A stretch of 64,000 nucleotides of DNA. Origin: a bacterium (GTDB lineage: Bacteria > UBA8248). How positions within the stretch are numbered: the first letter of the stretch is position 1; every line of letters starts with the position of its first letter. Positions 29,893 to 39,964 of this stretch are shown here, one piece after another. The stretch covers positions 352,001 through 416,000 of the forward strand of contig OZ253442.1 in NCBI GenBank assembly GCA_965261085.1. The letters run 5' to 3'. Under the pieces are notes generated by a model. That model did not search any database and was not told the DNA's origin. It worked only from the letters and a program-made list of their open reading frames with translations. The translations under genes and the position numbers were made by a program.

Positions 29893-30201
29893 GCTGGGAT
29901 ACCCAGCCGAGCCTTGACGGGAATCGGTATCGCTCCTGAATTCACCGTCGGAATTCACAAGCAACCACATACCCAATTATTCATAAGATCGCCTGCGCCA
30001 TCACGTCGACAGCAGGCTGGTCCTTAAAACATCACCATATGTAATGTCAGGAAATAGAGTCGAAAAATCTGCTTTTTTCAATGCATTGCAGCCTTGATTG
30101 GACATTCGGCAAATCCCCCCTCAATTGGCGGAAGAATCAGACGGCAGCGGATCCGGTCCGCCTGTATTCGGGAACCTGGATGGTCTCCATCAGAGGGGCG
30201 G

Positions 30202-30669
30202 CTAGGGACGAATTTGTAAGGTGAGAACGGTCTCCACCGGCGCGTCGTAGGTGAGCTCGTTGATGTTCAAGGCCGCGCGCGCGTGCTTTCCCCTCTCCTC
30301 GCCGAGCACCTCGACCAGAAGGTCGCTCTCCCCGTTCACCACCCAGGGCGCCTCCTGGAAGCCGGGCGCGCTGTTCACGTAGCCGATGAGGCGCACGGCC
30401 CGGACGATGCGGTCCAGGTCGCCCCCCAGGCACGATTTCGCCATGGCGAAGTGGTTGAGACCACACAGACGCGCCGACTGATAGCCCTCCTCGACGGTGA
30501 CCCCGCCGCCGAGTTTCCCCTGAATGGGGATCTCTCCGTTGTATTGGCCGATGGTGCCGGCGAGGAAAAGCACCTCGCCCACCGCCACGCCGGGGATGTA
30601 GTTCGCCACGGCGGTCGGGACTTCCGGAAGCTCGATCCCGAGCTCTTCCAGCCTCTTTTCAATATCCAT
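30202..30669 (-). CDS. RidA/YjgF family protein
   Basis: MDIEKRLEELG..ANYIP..VNGESDL..GKHARAA. Confidence 0.88.
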   Translation of the reverse strand: MDIEKRLEELGIELPEVPTAVANYIPGVAVGEVLFLAGTIGQYNGEIPIQGKLGGGVTVEEGYQSARLCGLNHFAMAKSCLGGDLDRIVRAVRLIGYVNSAPGFQEAPWVVNGESDLLVEVLGEERGKHARAALNINELTYDAPVETVLTLQIRP

Positions 30670-30984
30670 TTCCGCGCTCCATGCCTGATGATGAAACGAT
30701 CCAAAGAGGCGAGCGTGCTCCTTCGCGCCCGCGGTTTCTCTGGGCGGGTTCGATGCTGTCCGGCCCTTTGATGAAGGCGATCCTGACGCCGGGGCGGCTC
30801 TCCCCGGACTCGCGCCAAGATGCCGGGACGATAGTAACACAACTTCGCTTCCCCACTGCTCCCCGAATTTTTTCGATGACGCTGCGTATCTGCGCGCCGG
30901 GGGTGGGAATCCACATGGATTTTTGTCCGGCTACAAGGCTCCCCGCCCTGAATCATTTCTGCGCCGGCGTATGGGGGGTAATCC

Positions 30985-31379
30985 TCGAATCCACTCCCCC
31001 CTTGAGGGTCGGTCTTTCCTCCTCGGGAAGACCGACGCAGAAGCCGAGCGTTTTGTGTGCGAAGGCTGATGCGGTGGGGGGTGAATTCCGACTGAAGAAG
31101 GAGGAATTCCTACGACCGAAGAGGGAGAGTTTGCGAAAGCCCGGGAACGAGGAACATATCGTTTCGCAATTCCTCGCTCCTCGGGGCTGTTGAAAAAGTC
31201 CCCTTTTTAGAGAGTAGAGGGGACACCCCTTTCGACTGGTAAAAGCAACCCCCCTGTCCCCCCTTGTCAAGGGGGCTTTTCTTCCACCCCCTCGTCGGGG
31301 GGCATCGCCTTTACCCCCCTGACAAGGGGGGACAGGGGGGTTGCTCCCTTGACAAAGGCTTTTTCAACAACCCCTCCTC
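30985..31379. mobile_element. REP-like repeat plus MITE-like element (31183-31374) with apparent 5-bp target duplication TCCTC
   Basis: TCCTC-GGGGCTGTTGAAAAA..TTTTTCAACAACCCC-TCCTC; nested CCCCCTTGTCAAGGGGG palindromes; 31070-31128 resembles 3110-3170. Confidence 0.65.
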
Positions 31380-31410
31380 GCACGGAACTGACCTCCCCGG
31401 TCGGGGTTGA

Positions 31411-31770
31411 TTACTCGCTCAGGACCTTGTCGGCCCATTCCACGAGCGCCACCAGGTCCTGCGGCGTCACGAAGCGCGCGTTCTTGCCTTCCAGGTCATC
31501 CTCATAGACCGCACGGGCCCGCGCACACGCCGTTCATATATGGACGGGAATCTCAAACTTTACCGTCTGGGCCATCGTCTCTCTTAATGGCGGCCAGCCG
31601 ACGGGCGTCACCGCGTTCATCACCTCGTCTTTCATCAGGTTCACCGCCTCGCCGAGAAGAAACAGCCGCACCTCGTGGCCCGCCTCCGCAAAGGCGTTCG
31701 CGTGCAAAAAGGCGAACGACCCTTTCGTGGATTCATCCGAACCCCAGGGACTCTTGATGAGCACTTTCAT
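31411..31770 (-). CDS. DsrE/DsrF-like selenoprotein (UxxC), in-frame UGA at 31534-31536
   Basis: MKVLIKSPWGSDESTK..FLLGEAV..IPVHI-U-TACARARAVYEDDL..LVEWADKVLSE*; AGGAGG RBS; DsrE-type C-terminus lies beyond the UGA. Confidence 0.85.
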
Positions 31771-32094
31771 AAGGGTGATTCCTCCTGAAAACAAATGATG
31801 ACGATGTGAAAGGTCGGCGCAACGCGGCCAGTGTGAACATCGGGAGACACGATGCGTCATGGGCGAAGATAGCACCGCCGCGCGGGTCGCGCCAACGGGG
31901 TGGGGAGGGGGGGCCGAGGTTAAGTATCAAAACGCGCGGGGCGCATTAACTCGCATTTGCCGTCATCACAATATTTTTCGGATATTTCAAAATCCGCCGC
32001 GGGAGTGCCGACGACACTCTTCATTGCGTTTACGTAACAAAAATTACATAATTCATTACCGTCTAAATTTTCCATATCAGGAAGGCCGAACTGT

Positions 32095-32787
32095 ATGAAT
32101 CAGACGAAATCTCCCGGTTCTGATGGGGGAAATGACATCAAGCTTATCGAATTGTCCGTAGTACTTGTAGCGAATTCCAACAATCCATCCATCATCAACC
32201 CCGACTTCCTGCGCTACAACAAAATAGTGGACGACAGCTATGAGGTTCAAGACTCGCCCATTTCCACACCGGCATTTTCCCAAGTGATGTTCAAGAACGG
32301 GATTACGGTAACATCGGCTCCCGATCGTGTGATATTCGCGCATGCTGGCACACTGAACAGGGACGATATCGTGTCTCCAGGAGTCACGAAGCGCTACTTA
32401 GAGTGCGTCCCGCACGTACCCTACCGCGCCATCGGCATCAATCCGAAAGGATTTCAGAGCGCGCCTAGAAAAGAGCCGATCCCTGTTGTGAATATGCTGC
32501 GCGACAAAGGCTCATGGGCATCGTTCGAGGACGTTACTCCAGAAGTGCAACTAAAAGCTATATATCGCTACAGCGAAAGGATCATCTCCTTGGATATTGC
32601 TCGCGCGGATATAACGGAAAATGGTAAAAAAACATCCGGAACGCTGTATCAAGCGAATATCCATCGCGAATTAACCGAGACAAATACAGAGTTCCGCATA
32701 AATCGCTTATCATCGGTTCTGGATTCGTGGAAGAACGATCTGGAAGATTTTTACAATTTGACGAACAAATTCTGCGGGGAGGGATGA
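32095..32787 (+). CDS. Cassette 2 gene A: uncharacterised ~230-aa protein (TIGR04255-like)
   Basis: LSVVLVA..NPSIINPDFL..AIGIN..NIH; parallels 3947..4642. Confidence 0.75.
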   Translation: MNQTKSPGSDGGNDIKLIELSVVLVANSNNPSIINPDFLRYNKIVDDSYEVQDSPISTPAFSQVMFKNGITVTSAPDRVIFAHAGTLNRDDIVSPGVTKRYLECVPHVPYRAIGINPKGFQSAPRKEPIPVVNMLRDKGSWASFEDVTPEVQLKAIYRYSERIISLDIARADITENGKKTSGTLYQANIHRELTETNTEFRINRLSSVLDSWKNDLEDFYNLTNKFCGEG

Positions 32788-33488
32788 TGTCCATTGCAAC
32801 AGGTCCGGAGCCAATACCGGCTTCAGAGACGGCAGTCGACATTGAGAAACTAGTAGCCGATTTTGAGCAACAGGATGCTTATCCGAAATTTGGCGCGATG
32901 TCGATTCATAGCGCACATGTGTTCGTCAGCCACACGCTTAGTTCTTCGAGTTGGCATTCACCAGTTCGATATGCGCGCTTCTCGGATGCCTTACAACCAG
33001 AAGTACAACCCGGAGAGATTTTATCCCATCTGATACCATCCTCTTCTCAGGGTCAACCGAAACCGAGTCTCTCCCCACTTGATTGGGAGTTGCTCGGCGA
33101 GTTTATCGCACATGGCGCAAAAGACTTCCCCGTCCAGTTTGCCGACGCTTTGCGCGATCTGGATGACGTCGTCGAAGAAGCCGAAGAAGAAGGCTTCCCT
33201 GTACCAAAAGAGATCGCTCTCGACAATGCGAAACGGTTGCTGAGGGAAATGTACACCATATCACCACGCCGTTTTGAGGTTTATCCCATGCCGGATGGCG
33301 AAGTCGCCATCGACGCGCCCGATGGCCGAGGAAGTTCCGTGCTGCTCTTGTGTGATTCGGATGGCGGCGCGTTGTGCCTTGTCAATATGAAAGGCAAGCA
33401 TCGTCGCGCCCGATATTCCACCACTGAAGCGCTTCCCGACGGTTTCATACGTGAAGCTATGGCCGAACTTGAACAGCAGAACAATTGA
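32784..33488 (+). CDS. Cassette 2 gene B: uncharacterised protein
   Basis: ATGA overlap with gene A and GGAGGG RBS; EEEGFPVP..ALDNA..VYPMPDGEVAID core. Confidence 0.7.
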   Translation: MMSIATGPEPIPASETAVDIEKLVADFEQQDAYPKFGAMSIHSAHVFVSHTLSSSSWHSPVRYARFSDALQPEVQPGEILSHLIPSSSQGQPKPSLSPLDWELLGEFIAHGAKDFPVQFADALRDLDDVVEEAEEEGFPVPKEIALDNAKRLLREMYTISPRRFEVYPMPDGEVAIDAPDGRGSSVLLLCDSDGGALCLVNMKGKHRRARYSTTEALPDGFIREAMAELEQQNN

Positions 33489-33928
33489 ACCCGGAGAAAG
33501 CACCCGAGAACATCGGGCAGGACGAGGAACTCGGACGCAGCGTATTCTCAAGACGCAGAGCGAGACGTGCACGACGTTCAAGAGTCCCAGCGGATGTGTT
33601 TTTGGAAAAAGAAGGCGAACCCAAGATTTCCGTTGACAGGCTGAGCGTAGCGCCGCCGGATGTAGCCACCGAGATAGCTGAGGCCGTGGCTGCTAAGCGT
33701 AACGCTAACGCTACCTTCTACGGATGGGCTTTTCTCACCGCTTCCCGAACACGGGAAAATGGGCGGGAAGCACTCGCTTCACCCCTAGAAAGTAACCCGT
33801 ATCACGCCGATATCGTATTGCCTCAATCTGCAGTTGAAGACCGAGAAGAGCAACAACGGCACGCGCTGGAACTGGCGGATGCTTCACGCTGGCGAGAAAG
33901 TCCGAGCTCCTCCCAAGAATCGTCTTGA
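33485..33928 (+). CDS. Cassette 2 gene C: putative ART-fold-like toxin
   Basis: TTGA overlap with gene B; ELGR..VFL..KISVDR..PLESNPYHADI. Confidence 0.65.
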   Translation: MNPEKAPENIGQDEELGRSVFSRRRARRARRSRVPADVFLEKEGEPKISVDRLSVAPPDVATEIAEAVAAKRNANATFYGWAFLTASRTRENGREALASPLESNPYHADIVLPQSAVEDREEQQRHALELADASRWRESPSSSQESS

Positions 33929-34010
33929 ACCGATAACCAAAGAACGACCCCCGATTCCCCGTTTACGCTCTCCCGCATTATCCCGCACTTGCCTTCTTCG
34001 GCCTCACCTT

Positions 34011-35183
34011 TCACTCCCTGAACACGTTCACCTTTATGCTCCGCAGCGCCTCGCGCGGGCCGGCCCTGGTTTCGCGCATGATTCTCACCTCTCCCCGGTA
34101 TGCCCCGGGCGGCCAGCGCACCTTCGTCCGCTTGCCCACGGCCCGCCAGATACGGATACGGTGTCTTTTGAGCGATTCCTCTTTTTGGGCGAGCACCCCG
34201 CCGTCGGGACCCAGGAGGCGCAAGGATATAAAATCGCCCCGTCTCAGCCCTGCGACCTCGGCCCAGAAGACCAGCGCGTGTGATGAGGCCGGAAGCGACT
34301 TGGCGCCAAGCGCGCCCGTGCGGACCTCCTCCGTCGTGGGCAGATGATCCGCAAAACCTGCTTGGTAGGGAATGGCCGATAAGTAGCGCAGCTTCTCCAG
34401 AACCTCGCGCCGCCAGAGCGGCGTTTTTCCCAAGTCGCATTCCGCGCCACCCTCGACACCCACGAAGGGGTCGACGACCTTTCCTTTTTTTTCGACTGAT
34501 ATGTGCAGATGCGGAAATTCCGTGCGCCCCGAGAGGCCGACTGCGCCCAAGCGCTCACCCGCGCGCACCCGGCCACCCCTTCTGACCGAAACGCTCCCCC
34601 GCTTCATGTGGCAATACTGGGTATGCCAGCCCTCGCCGTGGTCGACGCGCACGCCGTTGCCGCAGTCTTTTCCCTTCAAGGCGGCGCGGCCGATAAGGCG
34701 GACATCCAAGTCGCTCATTCCGTCGCGTACGCCGACCACCCTGCCATCGGCGGCGGCGCGCACCTCGATTCGCTCGTGCAGTCTCCCGGCGTGAGCCAAG
34801 GCGATGTCGGTGCCCTTGTGCCCATCGTAGCTCATTCGCCCACAGGCGAAGTCGGCGTATCCCTTCCCGGGGTCTGAGTCGACGTAGTTGAAGACCCAGC
34901 AATCGACCCCCGGCTCGCAATCAATCGGCAGCGAAAGCGGGAGTGGCGAGCGCCCGAACGAACGCCCGGTGAGATCATGGGCGGCGATGGCCCCGGGCGC
35001 AGGCGCGCGCCTCGCGACCCGGCCACGGGAGAGGCGGCTCCGCGCGAGTTTCGGCTCCGCCTCCCGCCGCGACACGAACTCGGGCCCCTTGACCATGAGT
35101 AGATCGAATTCGAAAATCGCCCACACGGCAAGGATGGCGAAGAGGAAGGTCATGACCATGATGGCGAGCAGAATGCGGAGCAA
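34011..35183 (-). CDS. M23 family metallopeptidase
   Basis: N-terminal TM, HKGTD, TQYCH, FPHLH. Confidence 0.88.
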   Translation of the reverse strand: MLRILLAIMVMTFLFAILAVWAIFEFDLLMVKGPEFVSRREAEPKLARSRLSRGRVARRAPAPGAIAAHDLTGRSFGRSPLPLSLPIDCEPGVDCWVFNYVDSDPGKGYADFACGRMSYDGHKGTDIALAHAGRLHERIEVRAAADGRVVGVRDGMSDLDVRLIGRAALKGKDCGNGVRVDHGEGWHTQYCHMKRGSVSVRRGGRVRAGERLGAVGLSGRTEFPHLHISVEKKGKVVDPFVGVEGGAECDLGKTPLWRREVLEKLRYLSAIPYQAGFADHLPTTEEVRTGALGAKSLPASSHALVFWAEVAGLRRGDFISLRLLGPDGGVLAQKEESLKRHRIRIWRAVGKRTKVRWPPGAYRGEVRIMRETRAGPREALRSIKVNVFRE

Positions 35184-35774
35184 GGCTCAGGCCTCCGTCG
35201 TCCGGGGACTCTTGATGTGCGCTTTCATGGGGGCGGTCTCTCATTGAAACCCAAGCCTGAAAGCGGGTGAGTCGGGTTTGAAGATAGCACCGCCGCCCGA
35301 ATCGCGGCAATCGGATTAGATGGATAATCAGGGGAGCGGGCGGTTCGCGAACCACGCTTCAGGAAGACGCGAACTCCCCCTCAGCGGGGAAGTTCGACCC
35401 TTCTCGGTCGGAATTGATTGCGCACTTGCCCGCATTCGCCGTCACGGGTTTTTCAGGACGATGGGGTATGCTCGGAAGGCCGCCCGTCGGCCTTCGGTTT
35501 TTCAGGTGGCGAAGGCGGCGCGGAGCGCTGGAGCCGGGTGGACGCTCCAGCGAAGTGAGGAACATGCAAAATGCAAAAAATAATATGTGAAAATATCGAT
35601 AAATTCACGGGGTTTTTCGATAAATAAATGACCATTTATTTTCTTCGGAAAAGACGCCGCCGCATTGCAGCGCAGGGGAATTCTGCCATGGACAGCTACT
35701 CCCTCGATAACGGGAAATGCACGGTTTTGCGGGGAGTTGCGCCCCCGCTCAAAGCGTCCACCCAGCCGCGCCTT

Positions 35775-36002
35775 CTAGGGTCCCGGATAGGCCTCGGGCG
35801 GTCTGGCGTCTTCTTCGGTTCTCTTTGATTTTATTCGCTTTCTGGCGACGAGAGGGTCATCCTTGAGTCGCGCGATCGGGTCCTCCTCATCGTCCCCGCG
35901 CCCGTAGGCGTTGCCCTTCTCGAACGCGAGCCGTCCGAAGAGACGGTTCAGGTTGTTGCGCGCGGTTTGCTCGTCTCCGGCGTCTTTTCTTCGTTTCTTC
36001 AT
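35775..36002 (-). CDS. Small hypothetical protein
   Basis: 75 aa, ATG preceded by GGGGAGAG RBS. Confidence 0.45.
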   Translation of the reverse strand: MKKRRKDAGDEQTARNNLNRLFGRLAFEKGNAYGRGDDEEDPIARLKDDPLVARKRIKSKRTEEDARPPEAYPGP

Positions 36003-36040
36003 GTTTTCTCTCCCCTTCTTTCACAAGCAAAGTCAATAGC

Positions 36041-37147
36041 TTACAGGATTCTCCACCTCTCGCCTACCGCCATCACCCTGACGCGGGCGGCATCCGCGCC
36101 CGTCTTCTCCATGTGCGTCCTGAGGACGCGGGGCGGATGGTCGATGGGTTCATCGGTCAGATCGAACGTACCCCAGTGCATGGGGATCATCCGGCGCGCG
36201 CCCAGATCGTGAAACGCCTGAAGCCCCTCGGCGGGGTTCATGTGAGGATAGCGCATCATCCACCTGGGCTCATACGCGCCGACCGAGAGCATGGCCACGT
36301 CGATGGAACCGAATTTGCGGCCAAACTCCTTAAACCCTTGAAAATAGCCGCTGTCCCCGCCGTGAAAATACCTGCGCGTACCGGTCTCGATGAGCCAGGC
36401 GCACCAAAGCGTGGAGTCCCTCGCCGTGCCGAACCGGTTCGACCAGTGCTGCGCGGGCAGGCAGGTAAGGCGCACACCGCCTTGCTCCGCGCTTCGCCAC
36501 CAGTCGAGTTCCACGGCGCGCCTGCCGAGTGATTCCACGAAAGCGCCCAGCCCCACGGGCACGAACCACGTGACGTCTTCGGGCAGGTTCTCTATCGTCC
36601 ATGAATCGAGATGATCGTAGTGGTTGTGGGAGATCGTCGCCACGGCACCCCCCGGTATTGAGGCCGCAGGCACGCCCGGGGGCTGATGGCGTCGATACAA
36701 CAAGGCCCTCGCGCCGAAGTGCGGATCCGTCAGGATAACGTTCGGTCCATCCTGAATGATGAAACCGCAATGCCCGACACACGTGATGGAAGGCTCCTCT
36801 CCCGCTTTCGAGAGATACGCGCCATCGTTGGGAACGACGGGAACATGGGGCGTTTCGCCGTTTTTGATCTCAGCGAATTCGTTTCGGTACAAAAACTTCC
36901 ATTTCAGCAGACTGACCCGCGAACCCGGATTCGGCCACCAGGGGTTGAACCAGGCTCCCGGCTCGCCATGCGGCCAATAAAGGGATTCCGCCTCGCGCGA
37001 GATGAGGCCCTGCGATTCAGCAGGAGGAGGCTGTGGCGCCTTGATGCCCAGACCCATTCGCGCGCATCCTCCCGCCAAGCCCAAGACGCCGAGGCCCGCC
37101 AAACCAGCGCCTTTGAGAAATTTCCGTCTGCCGATTTTCGGTTTCAT
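36041..37147 (-). CDS. Tat-exported MBL-fold metallohydrolase (NAPE-PLD/RomA-like)
   Basis: GRRKFLK leader, SHNHYDHLD, PAQHWS, GAYEPRW, PMHWGTF. Confidence 0.88.
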   Translation of the reverse strand: MKPKIGRRKFLKGAGLAGLGVLGLAGGCARMGLGIKAPQPPPAESQGLISREAESLYWPHGEPGAWFNPWWPNPGSRVSLLKWKFLYRNEFAEIKNGETPHVPVVPNDGAYLSKAGEEPSITCVGHCGFIIQDGPNVILTDPHFGARALLYRRHQPPGVPAASIPGGAVATISHNHYDHLDSWTIENLPEDVTWFVPVGLGAFVESLGRRAVELDWWRSAEQGGVRLTCLPAQHWSNRFGTARDSTLWCAWLIETGTRRYFHGGDSGYFQGFKEFGRKFGSIDVAMLSVGAYEPRWMMRYPHMNPAEGLQAFHDLGARRMIPMHWGTFDLTDEPIDHPPRVLRTHMEKTGADAARVRVMAVGERWRIL

Positions 37148-37200
37148 CGCAACCCACGCGGTGGCTGATTCAGAATATCCCTTCCCTGCTGAGCGGGAAA

Positions 37201-38073
37201 TCAACCCAGGGACGCATACCACTCGGCAATCGCCCGACCCATCTCACCGGGTGAGTCCTCATGACAATAATGAAGCCCGGCAACCGTCGCCTCCGTCACG
37301 TTCGGCCAACCGCGAACCATTGTCCTATGTTCTCCCACGAGAACGGCTCCCGGTTCGCTGTTGATGAAAAGTTTCGGAACCGGGTGTTTCTCCAGCCACG
37401 CGTTGTTGCGCTCGATGATTTCGAGAACGTCCGCAGGCTCCCCCTCGATGGGAATCTCGCGCGGCCATGTGAGCGTGGGCCTTCTGTCCTCGCCGGGATT
37501 GCGGTAGGGCCTCCGGTATTCATCATGAATTTCATCCGAAACGTCGCGGATGACCATGGCGGGCAAAATCTTCTCCACAAAGAAGTTCTGCTCCAAAACG
37601 AGTTCCTCGCCCTCCTCGCTACGAAACCTTTTGAACAGGGCCTGAACGTCCGGCGGCCAGTGGCTCCACTCAAAATCGCCGACGACGCTCTGGCAGATCA
37701 CGACGCCCTTGAGTTTATCCTGTCTCTCCGACGCCCACGTGAAGCCGAGTTGCGCGCCCCAGTCGTGCGTGACGATGGTGACGTTCTCCTCCACTCCCAG
37801 GGCATCCATCAGCGCGTTCGTGAACGGCTGGTGATCGGCCAACCGGTACATGGAGCCGGCGAGTTTTGCGGAATCGCCCTGCCCGATATTGTCTACCGCG
37901 ATGCAGCGGCCCAGACCCTCGACGTGCGGAATCACGTTGCGCCACATATAAGACGAAGTGATGTTGCCGTGGAAAAAGACGATAGGGTCCCCCTCGCCCG
38001 CCTCCACGTAGGCCATCTTTTCGCCCAGAACTTCCGCGAATTTTTTCTGATACTTCATGCGAGGCTCTATCAT
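37201..38073 (-). CDS. Haloalkane dehalogenase
   Basis: HGN.TSSYMWRN, HDWG, RRPTLTWPREIP, GLHYCHEDSP. Confidence 0.88.
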   Translation of the reverse strand: MIEPRMKYQKKFAEVLGEKMAYVEAGEGDPIVFFHGNITSSYMWRNVIPHVEGLGRCIAVDNIGQGDSAKLAGSMYRLADHQPFTNALMDALGVEENVTIVTHDWGAQLGFTWASERQDKLKGVVICQSVVGDFEWSHWPPDVQALFKRFRSEEGEELVLEQNFFVEKILPAMVIRDVSDEIHDEYRRPYRNPGEDRRPTLTWPREIPIEGEPADVLEIIERNNAWLEKHPVPKLFINSEPGAVLVGEHRTMVRGWPNVTEATVAGLHYCHEDSPGEMGRAIAEWYASLG

Positions 38074-38101
38074 CACTCCCTCATGCCGTTCAGGTCCCAA
38101 T

Positions 38102-39154
38102 TCATTCACCAACCCGTAAGACCAGCTTGCCGCGCACGTGGCCCTCTTCCAAGAGCGTATGAGATGCCGCGATGTTCTCCGCGTTCATTTCTCCCATATC
38201 GGTGATCTGCGGCACCTTGATCTCGCCCATCTCCACCCAGTCGCGAATCTCCTCGAGCGCCTTCTTGTAGACGCCATAGTAAGCAGGACCGCCCCCGCGC
38301 ACGGGCGCACGCAGGAAGGTGCCGTGAAACGAAGCCGATTTGGTGAACAGCGGACCTTCCTGGGATGAGAAAAATTCATCGATGGGCGCTCCCGGTTCGG
38401 GTGCGATGGAGGAGATTCGCCCCCAGTAGTCCACGACTTCGCAGCAGAGTTTCTTCATCTCACGGCCCACGAAATCAAACGTGGCGGGAAAAAGACGATC
38501 TCCGTTCATCTCAACCGCCCGGCGGGACAACTCATCGAGCGAGAGTCCCGAATACCTCAACACGGCGACGGGGGCCGGAGCGATCAAATCCTCTATGTAT
38601 TTTGCGCTCCCATCGCTTCCCGCCGTCACGATGATGGGAGATGCACCGATGCGCGCAAGCATCTGAAGTCCCATGGTTCCCACGCCGCCCGAACCGCCCG
38701 CCACGAAAACCGCCTCTCCCGGCTCCACCCGCGCCTTCATCACCACCGCCTCATGGGCGGTCAGCGAGACGAGCGGCAAGGCGGCCGCTTGCCCGAAAGT
38801 GGCATTGGCCGGCTTTTTCACGACGAACGCCTGATGGATGCACACGAACTCCGCATAGCCGTCCCCGCCGCTGTCACCGAACCTCGGGAGATAGGCCATC
38901 ACCTCATCGCCGGGAGAGAATTCCGTAACGCTCGCGCCCACCGATTCGACCACGCCTGCGGTATCCCTGCCCAGGATGATGGGAACCGCGCCCTGGTTGC
39001 CGCCCCGTCTCGCCTTGAAATCGGTCGGGTTCAGGGAGACAGCCCTCGCCCGTATCTTCACCTCTTCAGACCCGGGCTCTCTCTCGGGCCAATCGGCATC
39101 CTCGAAATTCTCCACGCCACCGAACTCTTTCAATACGACCGCGTACATTTTCAC
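38102..39154 (-). CDS. NADPH:quinone oxidoreductase (MDR family)
   Basis: SLNPTD, GGSGGVG, GHVRGKLVL. Confidence 0.85.
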   Translation of the reverse strand: MKMYAVVLKEFGGVENFEDADWPEREPGSEEVKIRARAVSLNPTDFKARRGGNQGAVPIILGRDTAGVVESVGASVTEFSPGDEVMAYLPRFGDSGGDGYAEFVCIHQAFVVKKPANATFGQAAALPLVSLTAHEAVVMKARVEPGEAVFVAGGSGGVGTMGLQMLARIGASPIIVTAGSDGSAKYIEDLIAPAPVAVLRYSGLSLDELSRRAVEMNGDRLFPATFDFVGREMKKLCCEVVDYWGRISSIAPEPGAPIDEFFSSQEGPLFTKSASFHGTFLRAPVRGGGPAYYGVYKKALEEIRDWVEMGEIKVPQITDMGEMNAENIAASHTLLEEGHVRGKLVLRVGE

Positions 39155-39160
39155 CCTCCG

Positions 39161-39958
39161 CTATACCATCCAGGCCCCGCCGGCCAAGACCAATCCCTGT
39201 CCCGTGACGTTTTTGCTCTCATCGCTCGCGAGATACACCGCCATGTGACCCACGTCGTCCGTCGTCTGCTCGCGTCCCAGGGGAACCGTCGCCTCGACGA
39301 ATTCATCGAACACCCGCCTCGCGGGCCTGTCCGTCTCCGCTCCTATGATAACGCCGTGGCCCTTCTCCCAGATATTCGTCCACAACAGACCCGGGTTAAT
39401 TGCGTTGACGTTCACGTTATAGGGGGCCATCTCCTTGGCGAGGCTCATGGTGAAGTTCAAGCAAGCCGCCTTGGACGCGGAATAATGCGGCACGTCCGCG
39501 TTCGCGCGTCTTGCGGCGAGCGAGGCCAGGTTGATGATTTTTCCGTATCTGCGCTCCCGCATATGGGCGGCAATAGCGCGGCACATCAGAAAAACACCCG
39601 TCGAGTTGACTGTAAAAACGGCGTTCCACTCCTCGAGCGTTATGTTGTCTACCGGGTTTCCCACGAGCGCCGCCCCTCTCCCGTGGCAATTCACCAGGAT
39701 GTCGACCCGCCCCATCCGATCGACCGCCGTCTGGGCGATGTTTTCCGCGTCTGTTTCGCTCGTCACGTCCGCCGCCAGGGCGAAATGCGCTCCCTCGCCG
39801 GCGTCGTCGAGTCCTCTTTGGGTAACCTCGTCATTGACGTCGACCACGCAAATTTGCGCACCCTCGCGGGAAAAAGCGCGGATGATGCCCCGGCCGATTC
39901 CGCCGCCACCTCCCGTGACGACCGCCGTTTTTCCTTCCAGACGCATTCTTATTTCCAT
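39161..39958 (-). CDS. SDR oxidoreductase (tandem copy 2)
   Basis: TGGGGGIG, YSASK. Confidence 0.9.
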   Translation of the reverse strand: MEIRMRLEGKTAVVTGGGGGIGRGIIRAFSREGAQICVVDVNDEVTQRGLDDAGEGAHFALAADVTSETDAENIAQTAVDRMGRVDILVNCHGRGAALVGNPVDNITLEEWNAVFTVNSTGVFLMCRAIAAHMRERRYGKIINLASLAARRANADVPHYSASKAACLNFTMSLAKEMAPYNVNVNAINPGLLWTNIWEKGHGVIIGAETDRPARRVFDEFVEATVPLGREQTTDDVGHMAVYLASDESKNVTGQGLVLAGGAWMV

Positions 39959-39964
39959 CCTCCG

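Noticed and set aside
35340-35420. GC hairpins as a possible ncRNA or riboswitch
   Set aside because: No recognisable family consensus; cannot be supported without an Rfam search
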